Assembly (NCBI RefSeq): GCF_002087085.1
Contig: NZ_MWQY01000015.1
Span: forward strand, 1-64,000
DNA: 64,000 nucleotides
Reading direction: 5' to 3'
Under the pieces are notes generated by a model. That model was not told where the DNA came from. It made no database searches and saw only the letters and a list, made by a program, of their open reading frames with translations. How positions within the stretch are numbered: the first letter of the stretch is position 1; each line of letters starts with the position of its first letter. Shown here one piece after another: positions 1 through 8,143 of the stretch. Made by a program: the position numbers and the translations under genes.

Positions 1-23
1 TAACCTATAGCACATGTAAATTT

Positions 24-60
24 AAAAAGGGACTGCCTACTTAATAGACAGCCCCTTTTA
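24..60. terminator. Hairpin flanked by A- and T-runs, probable intrinsic terminator
   Basis: aaaagggactgccta-N5-tagacagcccctttt. The two + strand mismatches become G-U pairs on the - strand. Confidence 0.55.
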
Positions 61-69
61 CTATATAGA

Positions 70-203
70 GAAGGGAATCGAAACAAGTGAGCGCGGGCCG
101 CACAGGCCCGGAAGCGCGGCACGATGCCGCGCGCCAGCGAACGCGGCGGCTCGAAGGGAGTCGTCACGATGACGACGACCGGAGAGGATTCCCTTCGCTC
201 GCT
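70..203. repeat. tRNA-linked palindromic element ending in a tRNA(Gly)-like 3' fragment
   Basis: 10-bp terminal inverted repeat gaagggaatc (70-79) / gattcccttc (187-196). Internal hairpins at 94-110, 114-132 and 160-176. 187-203 (gattcccttcgctcgct) reads as tRNA positions ~57-73 with a U discriminator. Confidence 0.55.
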
Positions 204-207
204 GACT

Positions 208-235
208 TAAAAGCCTCCCGTCAGGGAGGCTTTTA
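208..235. terminator. Bidirectional intrinsic terminator
   Basis: Perfect taaaagcctccc-gtca-gggaggctttta, 4 nt past the stop of the minus-strand gene ending at 240. Confidence 0.85.
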
Positions 236-239
236 TTGT

Positions 240-1382
240 CTACATTCCCTTCGGCCGGTACTTCTCGAAAATTTCCTCGTTGATCCGCATTCCCAGGCCG
301 GGCTCATCAGGCACGGGCACATATCCATCCCTGGCTATACAGCAATCGCCGTAGAGTTCCCGCCGCAGCTTGTAGGAACCGCCGGAAGTAATGTACTCCG
401 CCGCCAGGGTATTTTCACAGGAGGCCAGCAGGTGGATGCTCGCAGGAACCCCCACTGTGGCATGGATATGGGGAGCCAGGGGAATGTTTGCCGCACTGGC
501 CATGGAAGCGATCTTCTTTGTTTCGGTTATGCCGCCTGCGTGGATGATGTCGGGCTGGATGATGTTGACCGCACGCTTTGAGAAGATTTCCCTGAACTCG
601 TAGCGGGTATAGTAGTTTTCTCCAGCCGCGATGGGGGTCGCCACGTTCTGTACCAGCGCTGCCATACCGTCAAGATCGTTTATGGGGAGGGGCTCCTCAA
701 GAAAGGTCAGATCAAAGGCCGCAAGTTCGCCGGCGATCTTGAGAACGTCGTGGTATGAGTAGCTCTGGTTGGCATCCACCATGATTCCCGGCTCGGGGCC
801 CAAGGCTTTTCTGACCGCCTCAAGGTTCTTCAGGTCTTCACTCCTGCCGAAGCCGACCTTCATTTTTACCCCCTTGAAGCCCTGGTCGGCGTAACTCTTA
901 GCCTCATCTGCACATTCCTGTGGTGTCAGAGGCCGCCCTTCCTTGCCGAAGAATCCCGAGGCGTAGGCTGGAATCTTATCGACCGCTTTACCCCCCAGGA
1001 GGTTCCAGACCGAGGTCTTGAGGATCTTCCCTGTCAGGTCCCAGAGGGCAATATCGATTCCCGCGACCGCAGTAACAACGGCGCCTTTCTGGCCCAGGGC
1101 GTAGGAGCCTGTGCCGCGGCCCAGCATCTTTTCATAAAGACCTTCCCGGTTGAAGGGATCTTCTCCCATTATGATGTGCTTGAGCTTGTGATCCACCATG
1201 GCTGTGAAGATGGGGATGCCTCCACCGTGGATGGGACCGATTTCTCCGTAACCTGAAGTCCCGTCGGATGCTGTTATTTTTACGATGACTGTATTCCAGC
1301 TGTCCCATACTCCGGTGGCGTCCCTTGCGGGAACATCCAGAGGAAAGGCAACCGGGAAAGCTTCTACCTTGGTAATGTGCAT
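240..1382 (-). CDS. Mandelate racemase/muconate lactonizing enzyme family (enolase superfamily) dehydratase or cycloisomerase
   Basis: GIDIALWDL, KMK motif, metal ligands in VDAN / EEP / GEN, and APH. Start moved to ATG 1382 (MHITKVEA), which follows a GGAG SD. Confidence 0.9.
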   Translation of the reverse strand: MHITKVEAFPVAFPLDVPARDATGVWDSWNTVIVKITASDGTSGYGEIGPIHGGGIPIFTAMVDHKLKHIIMGEDPFNREGLYEKMLGRGTGSYALGQKGAVVTAVAGIDIALWDLTGKILKTSVWNLLGGKAVDKIPAYASGFFGKEGRPLTPQECADEAKSYADQGFKGVKMKVGFGRSEDLKNLEAVRKALGPEPGIMVDANQSYSYHDVLKIAGELAAFDLTFLEEPLPINDLDGMAALVQNVATPIAAGENYYTRYEFREIFSKRAVNIIQPDIIHAGGITETKKIASMASAANIPLAPHIHATVGVPASIHLLASCENTLAAEYITSGGSYKLRRELYGDCCIARDGYVPVPDEPGLGMRINEEIFEKYRPKGM

Positions 1383-1490
1383 GCTTCTCCGCCTTTGTCG
1401 CTTTATGCTTAACGGGGATGATATCATACAAAAATATAATCTGAATAGTAATAAAATCAGCTATTTGGAGATATTGAGTCCAATTCTGGT

Positions 1491-1519
1491 TTGACAGCTG
1501 AAGATTGCACCACTATTAT
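1491..1519 (+). promoter_or_regulatory. sigma70 promoter for the moeB-like/moaD-like pair
   Basis: TTGACA-17-TATTAT. Confidence 0.6.
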
Positions 1520-1539
1520 AAACGTAACGGATACATTTC

Positions 1540-2316
1540 ATGGGTGAACATTACTATCAGGGCAATATCTCGAAGGAACGGTATGACCGGCAGTTGAGTA
1601 TCCCCGGTTGGGGGTCCGAAGCTCAACGGAGGATTGCCGCCTCCCGGGTCGGAATCGCCGGAGCCGGAGGGCTCGGATCTCCCGCAGCCCTCTATCTGGC
1701 AGCCGCCGGAGTTGGAGCTCTGGTTATCTGCGATTCCCACACAGTGGATATCTCCAATCTTAACCGGCAGATTCTGTATAGCTCCGCCGATGTCGGAATG
1801 GAAAAAACCGGGCTTGCACAGGAGCGGCTCAGAGGCTTGAATCCCGAGGTAGAAGTGGAAAGATTCCAGGGACGGCTTAAGGACGAAAATATCGATGGAA
1901 TTTTTGCCGATTGTGATCTGATCCTTGACTGCCTGGACAACCTGGAATCCCGGCAGATGCTGAACCGCTACTGCTGGCGCACGGGAAAGCCACTGCTCCA
2001 TGCGGGAATCCGTGAATTTTACGGCGAACTGCTTCTGGTCGATCCCCCGGACACTCCCTGCCTTGCCTGTTTTCTTCCGGAAAGTGAAAAGAAAAAGGAG
2101 GGACCTCCCCCGGTAAGCGGTCCGGTGGCCGGGGTCCTTGGAAGCATGCAGGCCGTGGAGGCCCTCAAGTTTCTGGGGAAAATCGCTCCCACAGGCAGTA
2201 TGGGCAGGCTCCTGCTTGTAGATCTGGTCAGTATGAGTATGGACAGCGTTCCTATTTCCCGGCGCCACGGGTGTCCGGTGTGTTCCCCTGATTCTCATAT
2301 CAATACGGGAGACTGA
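1540..2316 (+). CDS. HesA/MoeB/ThiF family adenylyltransferase
   Basis: RYDRQ, GAGGLGS, SNLNRQ, DCLDN and two CxxC zinc motifs. Confidence 0.92.
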   Translation: MGEHYYQGNISKERYDRQLSIPGWGSEAQRRIAASRVGIAGAGGLGSPAALYLAAAGVGALVICDSHTVDISNLNRQILYSSADVGMEKTGLAQERLRGLNPEVEVERFQGRLKDENIDGIFADCDLILDCLDNLESRQMLNRYCWRTGKPLLHAGIREFYGELLLVDPPDTPCLACFLPESEKKKEGPPPVSGPVAGVLGSMQAVEALKFLGKIAPTGSMGRLLLVDLVSMSMDSVPISRRHGCPVCSPDSHINTGD

Positions 2317-2318
2317 CT

Positions 2319-2582
2319 GTGTTACAGACTGATTTTGAACTCAGCTTTGCCGGAGCTTTTCGAATGATAACTAAAAAGCGGAGTACCGCAGTGAGTATTC
2401 CCCTCTCCGGCGATGTGAGGGATTACGAGCGCATCTGCAACGTCGTGAGCGGATACGTTACAGACAGCATTCCCTACATTATCCTGCGGGACGGTCAGAA
2501 CCTTGAGGAGCTGATCAAGTCCGGCGAAAGAATCCGCAGCAACGATTCCCTCACTGTCGTTCCCCTGATTCTCGGGGGCTGA
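2319..2582 (+). CDS. MoaD/ThiS-like ubiquitin-fold sulfur carrier
   Basis: 87 aa ending VVPLILGG (C-terminal Gly-Gly), 2 nt after the MoeB-like gene. Confidence 0.75.
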   Translation: MLQTDFELSFAGAFRMITKKRSTAVSIPLSGDVRDYERICNVVSGYVTDSIPYIILRDGQNLEELIKSGERIRSNDSLTVVPLILGG

Positions 2583-2599
2583 CGACACAGATATTCTTC

Positions 2600-2657
2600 T
2601 TGACATCTCACTGGGATGCTGTACCATGGTTTATAATTGGTAAACCAATTACCAATT
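2600..2657 (+). promoter_or_regulatory. Promoter plus FadR/PdhR-type operator for the aor operon
   Basis: TTGACA (2600-2605)-16-TACCAT. Perfect palindrome TAATTGGT-aa-ACCAATTA (2634-2651) followed by an extra ACCAATT half-site. Confidence 0.75.
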
Positions 2658-2687
2658 TCTTGTGATAAAACAATTCGGAGTAGAGCC

Positions 2688-4409
2688 GTGGAACGAAGAA
2701 TCATCGAGATCGATCTGTCCGCAAAAACAGTCAAGGAATCACCTCTGCCGGAAAATTACCGGCATCTGGGAGGCCGGGGGCTTACCTCCAGTATCCTGTC
2801 GGAGGAACTCGATCCCCTCTCTCATCCCCTGAGCGCTGCGAATACCTTTGTAATCGCCCCGGGATTGCTGGCTGGCACCGCTCTGTCCAGCTGCAACCGG
2901 CTGTCCGTGGGGGCAAAGAGCCCGCTGACGGGAGGAATAAAGGAGAGCAACAGCGGCGGAGTTACCGGCTATCGGCTGGGAAAACTCGGTATCGGTGCTG
3001 TCAAACTGACCGGGGTTTATGAGGACGGTGATTGTTCCTGGGGAATCAAAATTTCCGCCGACGGGGTCTCTTTTGAGGATCTGCAGGAAATTTCCGGCAG
3101 GGGTACCTACGACAGCGCCGGGTATCTGCTTGAAAAGTACGGAAAAAACGCCGGCCTCATCATAACCGGCCCCGCCGGGGAGATGCGCCTCGCCTCCGCC
3201 TGTCTCAGTGTTAACGATATGGAGGGTGAGCCCTGCAGGAACCTGGGACGCGGCGGTATGGGTGCGGTTCTCGGAAGCAAGGGGATCAAGGCTATTATCG
3301 TGGACGACAGTGCAGCCTTGCCTCCTGATGCGACGGATCCTGAGGCTCTCAAGGAACTGATCAAGAAGTTCGCGTCCATGCTCAGGGAACATCCGGTTAC
3401 AGGAGGCAAGTTCGCAGAGTACGGAACGGTCATGAACATCGCCGCCCTGGACGCCCTGGGGGGACTTCCGACCCGTAACTTCAGCAAAGGGAGCTTTTCC
3501 GGGGCTCAATCCATCAATGCAGAAACCCTGCGGGATACGATACGGGAACGCGGAGGCCTGGGAGCTCATGCCTGCATGCCCGGCTGCGTAATCCGCTGTT
3601 CCAACAAGTATGTGGCAGCCGACGGAACTCCCCTTGTGGGATCGGTGGACTATGAAACCGTCTGCCTTCTGGGGTCCAATCTGGAGATAGCCAGTCTTGA
3701 CCAGGTGGCTGAATTGAACAGGCTCTGTAATGATATCGGCGTGGACACTATCGAGACGGGGGTCGCCATTGGAGTTCTGGCCGAGGCTGGACTTGTCTCC
3801 TTTGGGGATTTTGAAGCCATCCGGTCGCTTCTGGAAGAACTGAAACAGGGAACTCCCCTTGGGCGTCTGGTGGGTTCAGGCGCGGAAATCTGCGGCCGGG
3901 TCTACGGCGTACGCCGGGTCCCCACGGTGAAGGGACAGGGGATGGCCGCCTACGATCCACGGGTTATAAAGGGGATGGGCCTTACATACAGCAGGTCCGC
4001 CATGGGTGCGGACCATACCGCCGGCAATGCCATTACCCTGGGAATTGATCATTCCGATCCGGACGTACAGCTGGAGCCGGTCAGGGAACTCCATGTGCGT
4101 ACCATGGTGCTGGACATGCTTGGGGCATGCATCTTCACCGGTCGGGTTTCCCTGGACAAAACAGAAATCCTGGAAGAGATGGTCCGGGTTCTTCACGGCT
4201 GGAACGCGGATTTTGACGATCTGCGGGGGATTGCCAGGGAAATTCTCCTCAAAGAAGAGGACTTCAACCGCAGGGCGGGACTCTCAAAACCCCACGACAG
4301 GCTCCCGCGCTTCATGTACGAGGAGAAGCTCGAACCCACCGGTGAGGTCTACAATATACCCGATGAAACCACGGACCGGCTCTTCGATTTTTCCGGCAGC
4401 GGAGCCTGA
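2688..4409 (+). CDS. aor: Aldehyde:ferredoxin oxidoreductase family (W/Mo-pterin, 4Fe-4S)
   Basis: LGGRG, KSPLTGGIKESNSGG, GRGGMGAVLGSK, CxxxCxxxC, DYET, CNDIGVD, YDPR. Likely GTG start at 2688 after GGAG. Confidence 0.92.
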   Translation: MERRIIEIDLSAKTVKESPLPENYRHLGGRGLTSSILSEELDPLSHPLSAANTFVIAPGLLAGTALSSCNRLSVGAKSPLTGGIKESNSGGVTGYRLGKLGIGAVKLTGVYEDGDCSWGIKISADGVSFEDLQEISGRGTYDSAGYLLEKYGKNAGLIITGPAGEMRLASACLSVNDMEGEPCRNLGRGGMGAVLGSKGIKAIIVDDSAALPPDATDPEALKELIKKFASMLREHPVTGGKFAEYGTVMNIAALDALGGLPTRNFSKGSFSGAQSINAETLRDTIRERGGLGAHACMPGCVIRCSNKYVAADGTPLVGSVDYETVCLLGSNLEIASLDQVAELNRLCNDIGVDTIETGVAIGVLAEAGLVSFGDFEAIRSLLEELKQGTPLGRLVGSGAEICGRVYGVRRVPTVKGQGMAAYDPRVIKGMGLTYSRSAMGADHTAGNAITLGIDHSDPDVQLEPVRELHVRTMVLDMLGACIFTGRVSLDKTEILEEMVRVLHGWNADFDDLRGIAREILLKEEDFNRRAGLSKPHDRLPRFMYEEKLEPTGEVYNIPDETTDRLFDFSGSGA

Positions 4410-5129
4410 ATGGCAGACAGGCAGAAGATTGAACATTTCAAACGGATCAATGTGGAGAAACCGGCGGATATCATTATCCGCCAGATCCGGGAACTGATCC
4501 TTAACGGCGTCTACAAAGCGGAGGAACGATTGCCCTCTGAGCGGGAATTGGCGGAACGCTTCGGAGTGGGGCGGGGACATGTGAGGGAGGCAATCCGTCG
4601 TCTGGAATTCTATGGAGTTCTAAGGACCGGTCCCCAGAGCGGAAGTTATGTTACCTCCCTGGGCATCAGAGCGCTGGACGGTCTTTTTACCAACATACTG
4701 GATCTGGAAAAGGAAGATTTTGCTTCACTGCTCGATACCAGGGAAATCCTGGAGATTCATGCAGCGGGACTCGCTGCTGAACGGGCGACCGAAGAAGAGC
4801 GTGAGACTCTGTCCGTAACTCATCGGGACTTTGAAGAGCGGGTTCGAAGAGGAGATGACGGTCTCGATGAGGATCTGCTGTTTCACATACGCATTGCCGG
4901 CGGCAGTCACAGCCCTGTTCTGCGATCCCTGATCAGTATTATGACGCCGGAAATACTCTCCCTTACCAGGGGACTGGAGGTGGCAGGGGGGATACGGAGC
5001 CGGGAAGCCCTGAGAGAACATGCGGCCATTCTCGATGCGATCATCTCCCGTGATCCCCGGGCCGCAAAGAAAACAATGGAAAATCATATGAAAGGGTCCC
5101 GGGTACGGGGCAATATACAGGAGAGATAG
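4410..5129 (+). CDS. GntR/FadR family transcriptional regulator
   Basis: LPSERELAERFGVGRGHVREA HTH plus an FCD-like C-terminus (FH..IA, EH..I..AI). Confidence 0.92.
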   Translation: MADRQKIEHFKRINVEKPADIIIRQIRELILNGVYKAEERLPSERELAERFGVGRGHVREAIRRLEFYGVLRTGPQSGSYVTSLGIRALDGLFTNILDLEKEDFASLLDTREILEIHAAGLAAERATEEERETLSVTHRDFEERVRRGDDGLDEDLLFHIRIAGGSHSPVLRSLISIMTPEILSLTRGLEVAGGIRSREALREHAAILDAIISRDPRAAKKTMENHMKGSRVRGNIQER

Positions 5130-5130
5130 C

Positions 5131-6300
5131 ATGGCAGTAACGATAATCAACATGCCGACCCGGATCTACAACGGAACAGGCGCCCTTGAAGTACTGGCGG
5201 AGGAGGGACGAAGGCTGGGAAAAAAAGCCCTGATCGTCACCACCGGAAAGGATATGGAGAATTTCGGGTTGCTTCGGAAGGTCACAAACCGGCTTGAAGG
5301 GACCGGGGTCTCCGCCTCGGTCTTCAGTGCCGTTACCCCAAATCCGAAGACCTCGGAAATAGAGGCGGGGGTCAGGGCTTTTCTGGATGAAAAATGCGAT
5401 TTTCTTGTTTCCCTGGGTGGGGGTAGTTCCATTGACGCGGCCAAGAACATCTCCATGTGCGCAGCCAACGGGGCCTCGATTCACGACTTTCTGCCCCAGG
5501 GAGACAAGGTAGGTCTTGAAAAGCGGCGTGCGGTTCCCCACATCGCCATTCCCACAACAGCCGGTACCGGTTCCGAGGCAACAAAGACTGCCGTGGTCAG
5601 CAACGAGCGGAACCGCCAGAAGTACGGGGTCCGGCATGACTGTATCTACCCGATGGTCTCCATTGTTGACCCGGAGCTCATGCTGACGGTGCCGAAAAGC
5701 GTTACCGTCGACACCGGTATCGATGTCTTCTTCCACGCCATGGAGGGATACCTTTCAAACAAGGCGACCCGCTTCTCGGATATGGTCGCCCTTGAGTCCA
5801 TGAGGCTGGTGCGGGAGCATCTCCCCCGGGTCTATGAGGACGGCTCGGACCTTGATTCCCGCGCAACCATGGCCTGGGCCAGTACCCTGGGAGGAATCGC
5901 CCTGGACAATGCTATCTGTGTGGGGATTCACGGCCTGGGGCAGCCGGCGGGAGGATACGTCGATGCGGTACATGGAAAAAGTCTCTGTGCCGTCTATTAT
6001 TCCTATATGAAGTACACCTGGCAGTCGGACATCCCCCGCTATGCCGAGGTTGCGAGGATCCTTGGCGGAAACGACGGCGCAGAACGTGAAGCTGAACTTG
6101 CAGCAGCCTCCGCGGACCGTCTGCGGGCCTTTATTCGGCCCCTGGGTCTGGAGATCCGGCTTCGGGACCTGGGGATCGAAGAGTCGATGATTCCCGCCAT
6201 TGCCGAATCGGTCCTCAATACTACCCGCAGGACCCTGGAATGCTGCAAGATGGAGATCGGTTACGACGATATAGTTGCCATCTACAAGGAAGCCCTCTGA
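5131..6300 (+). CDS. Iron-containing alcohol dehydrogenase
   Basis: GGGSSIDAAK, PTTAGTGSE, and D/H/H/H iron ligands (DVFFHAME, IHGL, VHG). Confidence 0.92.
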   Translation: MAVTIINMPTRIYNGTGALEVLAEEGRRLGKKALIVTTGKDMENFGLLRKVTNRLEGTGVSASVFSAVTPNPKTSEIEAGVRAFLDEKCDFLVSLGGGSSIDAAKNISMCAANGASIHDFLPQGDKVGLEKRRAVPHIAIPTTAGTGSEATKTAVVSNERNRQKYGVRHDCIYPMVSIVDPELMLTVPKSVTVDTGIDVFFHAMEGYLSNKATRFSDMVALESMRLVREHLPRVYEDGSDLDSRATMAWASTLGGIALDNAICVGIHGLGQPAGGYVDAVHGKSLCAVYYSYMKYTWQSDIPRYAEVARILGGNDGAEREAELAAASADRLRAFIRPLGLEIRLRDLGIEESMIPAIAESVLNTTRRTLECCKMEIGYDDIVAIYKEAL

Positions 6301-7280
6301 ACAAGATGGACCCGTAAGATGCCGGAAGAGATCAGCTGAATATGGTAGTAGAAGATCAGCGGCAGAATGACAAAGGCGTAATGTTCCGGATCACCACCGA
6401 ATACCGCGGCAGTCAGGGGCAGACCGAGGGCCAAGGTCTTATGGGAACCCACAAAGAGGGCGGTAATCCTGTTCCGACGGTCAAGGCCTGTTGTCCGTCC
6501 AAAACTGTGAATCATCACCAGGACCAGGGCGTTCAGAACAGAGAGAAATACCAGGGGGCCGGCGAAGAGCTGGAGGCTGGCGGACTCCAGTATTGCCTTT
6601 GAGGAACGGGCTACCGCGAAGTAAACCAGCAGAAATATGATCAGGTTGCTCAGGTTACCGATAAGCCCCTTGAAGCGGTCCATGTTTTTCCGCAGGGGAT
6701 ACCTGGCGCCCTGTCCGACAAGGATGGGGAGGATAATTGTTTTAACCAGGGATGCGTAAACCTCCGTCGGGGAGACCGCGGCGGAGGCTGTTTCTCCTGC
6801 GGGAATAAGAAGGGCAAAAAGCAGGGGAGTAAGCAGCACTGCGGCAATATTCGATACCGCTGCATTAAATACGGCAGCGGTTGTGTTTCCTCCCGAGACC
6901 TGGGAAAAAAAGATGCAGCTCGAGATAGTCGATGGCAGACAGGAGAGGGCAAGTATCCCGATTTGAATTGACGGATCAATAAACGTCCCCAGGGGAAGCA
7001 GCAGCAGCCAGGTCAGAAGGGGATAGACAAGGAAAATGAAGCCCTGAATAAAAAGGTGAAGCCGGAAATCCCTGAGATCCCGGATAATACGCTCGGTGGG
7101 AATTGAAATCCCCGAGAGAAAAAGCAGGATAAAGATCAGGAGCGGTTTGGCGGTTCCCCGGGGATTCAGTAATCCTTCTCCCCGGGGAAGGTACAGTCCA
7201 AAGGCAAAGCTTGCCAGGATGGCGGCGATAAACCAGTTTTTACGCATTACGTGTAGTGTTTTTGCTATGGCTCCGGTCAT
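6282..7280 (-). CDS. Bile acid:sodium symporter (SBF-like) family transporter
   Basis: Highly hydrophobic; LPSTISS...GGN...A.FNA and GSHKTLALGLP motifs. Confidence 0.85.
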   Translation of the reverse strand: MTGAIAKTLHVMRKNWFIAAILASFAFGLYLPRGEGLLNPRGTAKPLLIFILLFLSGISIPTERIIRDLRDFRLHLFIQGFIFLVYPLLTWLLLLPLGTFIDPSIQIGILALSCLPSTISSCIFFSQVSGGNTTAAVFNAAVSNIAAVLLTPLLFALLIPAGETASAAVSPTEVYASLVKTIILPILVGQGARYPLRKNMDRFKGLIGNLSNLIIFLLVYFAVARSSKAILESASLQLFAGPLVFLSVLNALVLVMIHSFGRTTGLDRRNRITALFVGSHKTLALGLPLTAAVFGGDPEHYAFVILPLIFYYHIQLISSGILRVHLVQRASL

Positions 7281-7303
7281 GGCCCACCTTTGTAGCCCTT
7301 CAT

Positions 7304-8080
7304 TCAGAGCTCTGTCAATGCCGTGCCTGTTCCTCCGATCAGCAGCAGACGGACCTCCTCGGTTTCGGTGCTCAGGGATATTTCTTCGCCGCGGCTGTAA
7401 CGGATAAGCTCTGAACTCCGAATTATGGAACCCGAGGAGAAGTCCCGCAGTCCGCTGCCTTCCAGACAGTAGAGGAGAACCAGGAATTTCTCGGGAATCG
7501 AGATGTTCAGCGGTGTCAGCGGCGGTATGCTCACATCAAGGAACAATACAGTACCGGATTTGGCATAGAGGGGACCCCGCAGTCCTTCATATTCTCCGGC
7601 TATTACCCGGACGATGATACCATCTTCGCCCCGGTGCATGGGTATGGTTGCGTCGCGAATCTGGCAGCTTAAAGGCGGGACCCTTTCGAGTCCGGGAGAG
7701 CCGCTTGCGCGGACATGTACGGACCAGAACTCCTGGGATGGAGGAGTGGTAGATTCAAATTCCACATCCTTTTCTCCGGCGCTGCTTATCCAGAGGCAGC
7801 TCCCCGGGGACATTGATTCCTGAATGCCGCCGCTGGTTGTAAACTTTAGAGAGCCGCACAACAGGTAGGTAACTGTTGTCTCTCCGGGCCGACGGGTAAA
7901 GGGAAGCCTTTCTCCGGGGTCTTTGAAGGGGATTCTGTAATGGTGGCACTCTTCAAGGTGAAACAGCAGTGGAGTGTTGCCGACTCCGGAGAAAAACCGG
8001 CTGTTAAATCCTGTGCCGGTCTCCTCCTTAGTCGCCGCCTGATGAGAGATTTTCCGTATTCTGCGCAGTCCGCTGATCAT
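7304..8080 (-). CDS. Pirin-like bicupin protein with degenerate metal site
   Basis: G.TTVTYLL.G, VRVIAGEY.G..GP and LLLIGG pirin signatures. HPH and HxE ligands are not present. Confidence 0.75.
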   Translation of the reverse strand: MISGLRRIRKISHQAATKEETGTGFNSRFFSGVGNTPLLFHLEECHHYRIPFKDPGERLPFTRRPGETTVTYLLCGSLKFTTSGGIQESMSPGSCLWISSAGEKDVEFESTTPPSQEFWSVHVRASGSPGLERVPPLSCQIRDATIPMHRGEDGIIVRVIAGEYEGLRGPLYAKSGTVLFLDVSIPPLTPLNISIPEKFLVLLYCLEGSGLRDFSSGSIIRSSELIRYSRGEEISLSTETEEVRLLLIGGTGTALTEL

Positions 8081-8143
8081 GATTTAAAGTGTAGCTGATC
8101 GGAGCGGGGAGTGCAAAAAAAAGAGGGACAGTATCTGTGTGTT

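Noticed and set aside
60..205. Possible intact tRNA gene
   Set aside because: Only T-arm/acceptor 3' fragments are present. No D arm, anticodon arm or matching 5' acceptor strand can be folded.
87..581. 164-aa + strand ORF
   Set aside because: It runs through the palindromic element and a terminator, is antisense to the enolase gene, and has no recognisable motifs.
1540..2582. E1-like plus ubiquitin-like pair as an antiphage ubiquitination system
   Set aside because: No E2, JAB protease or cyclase gene is present. Adjacency to aor fits ordinary pterin-cofactor sulfur transfer.
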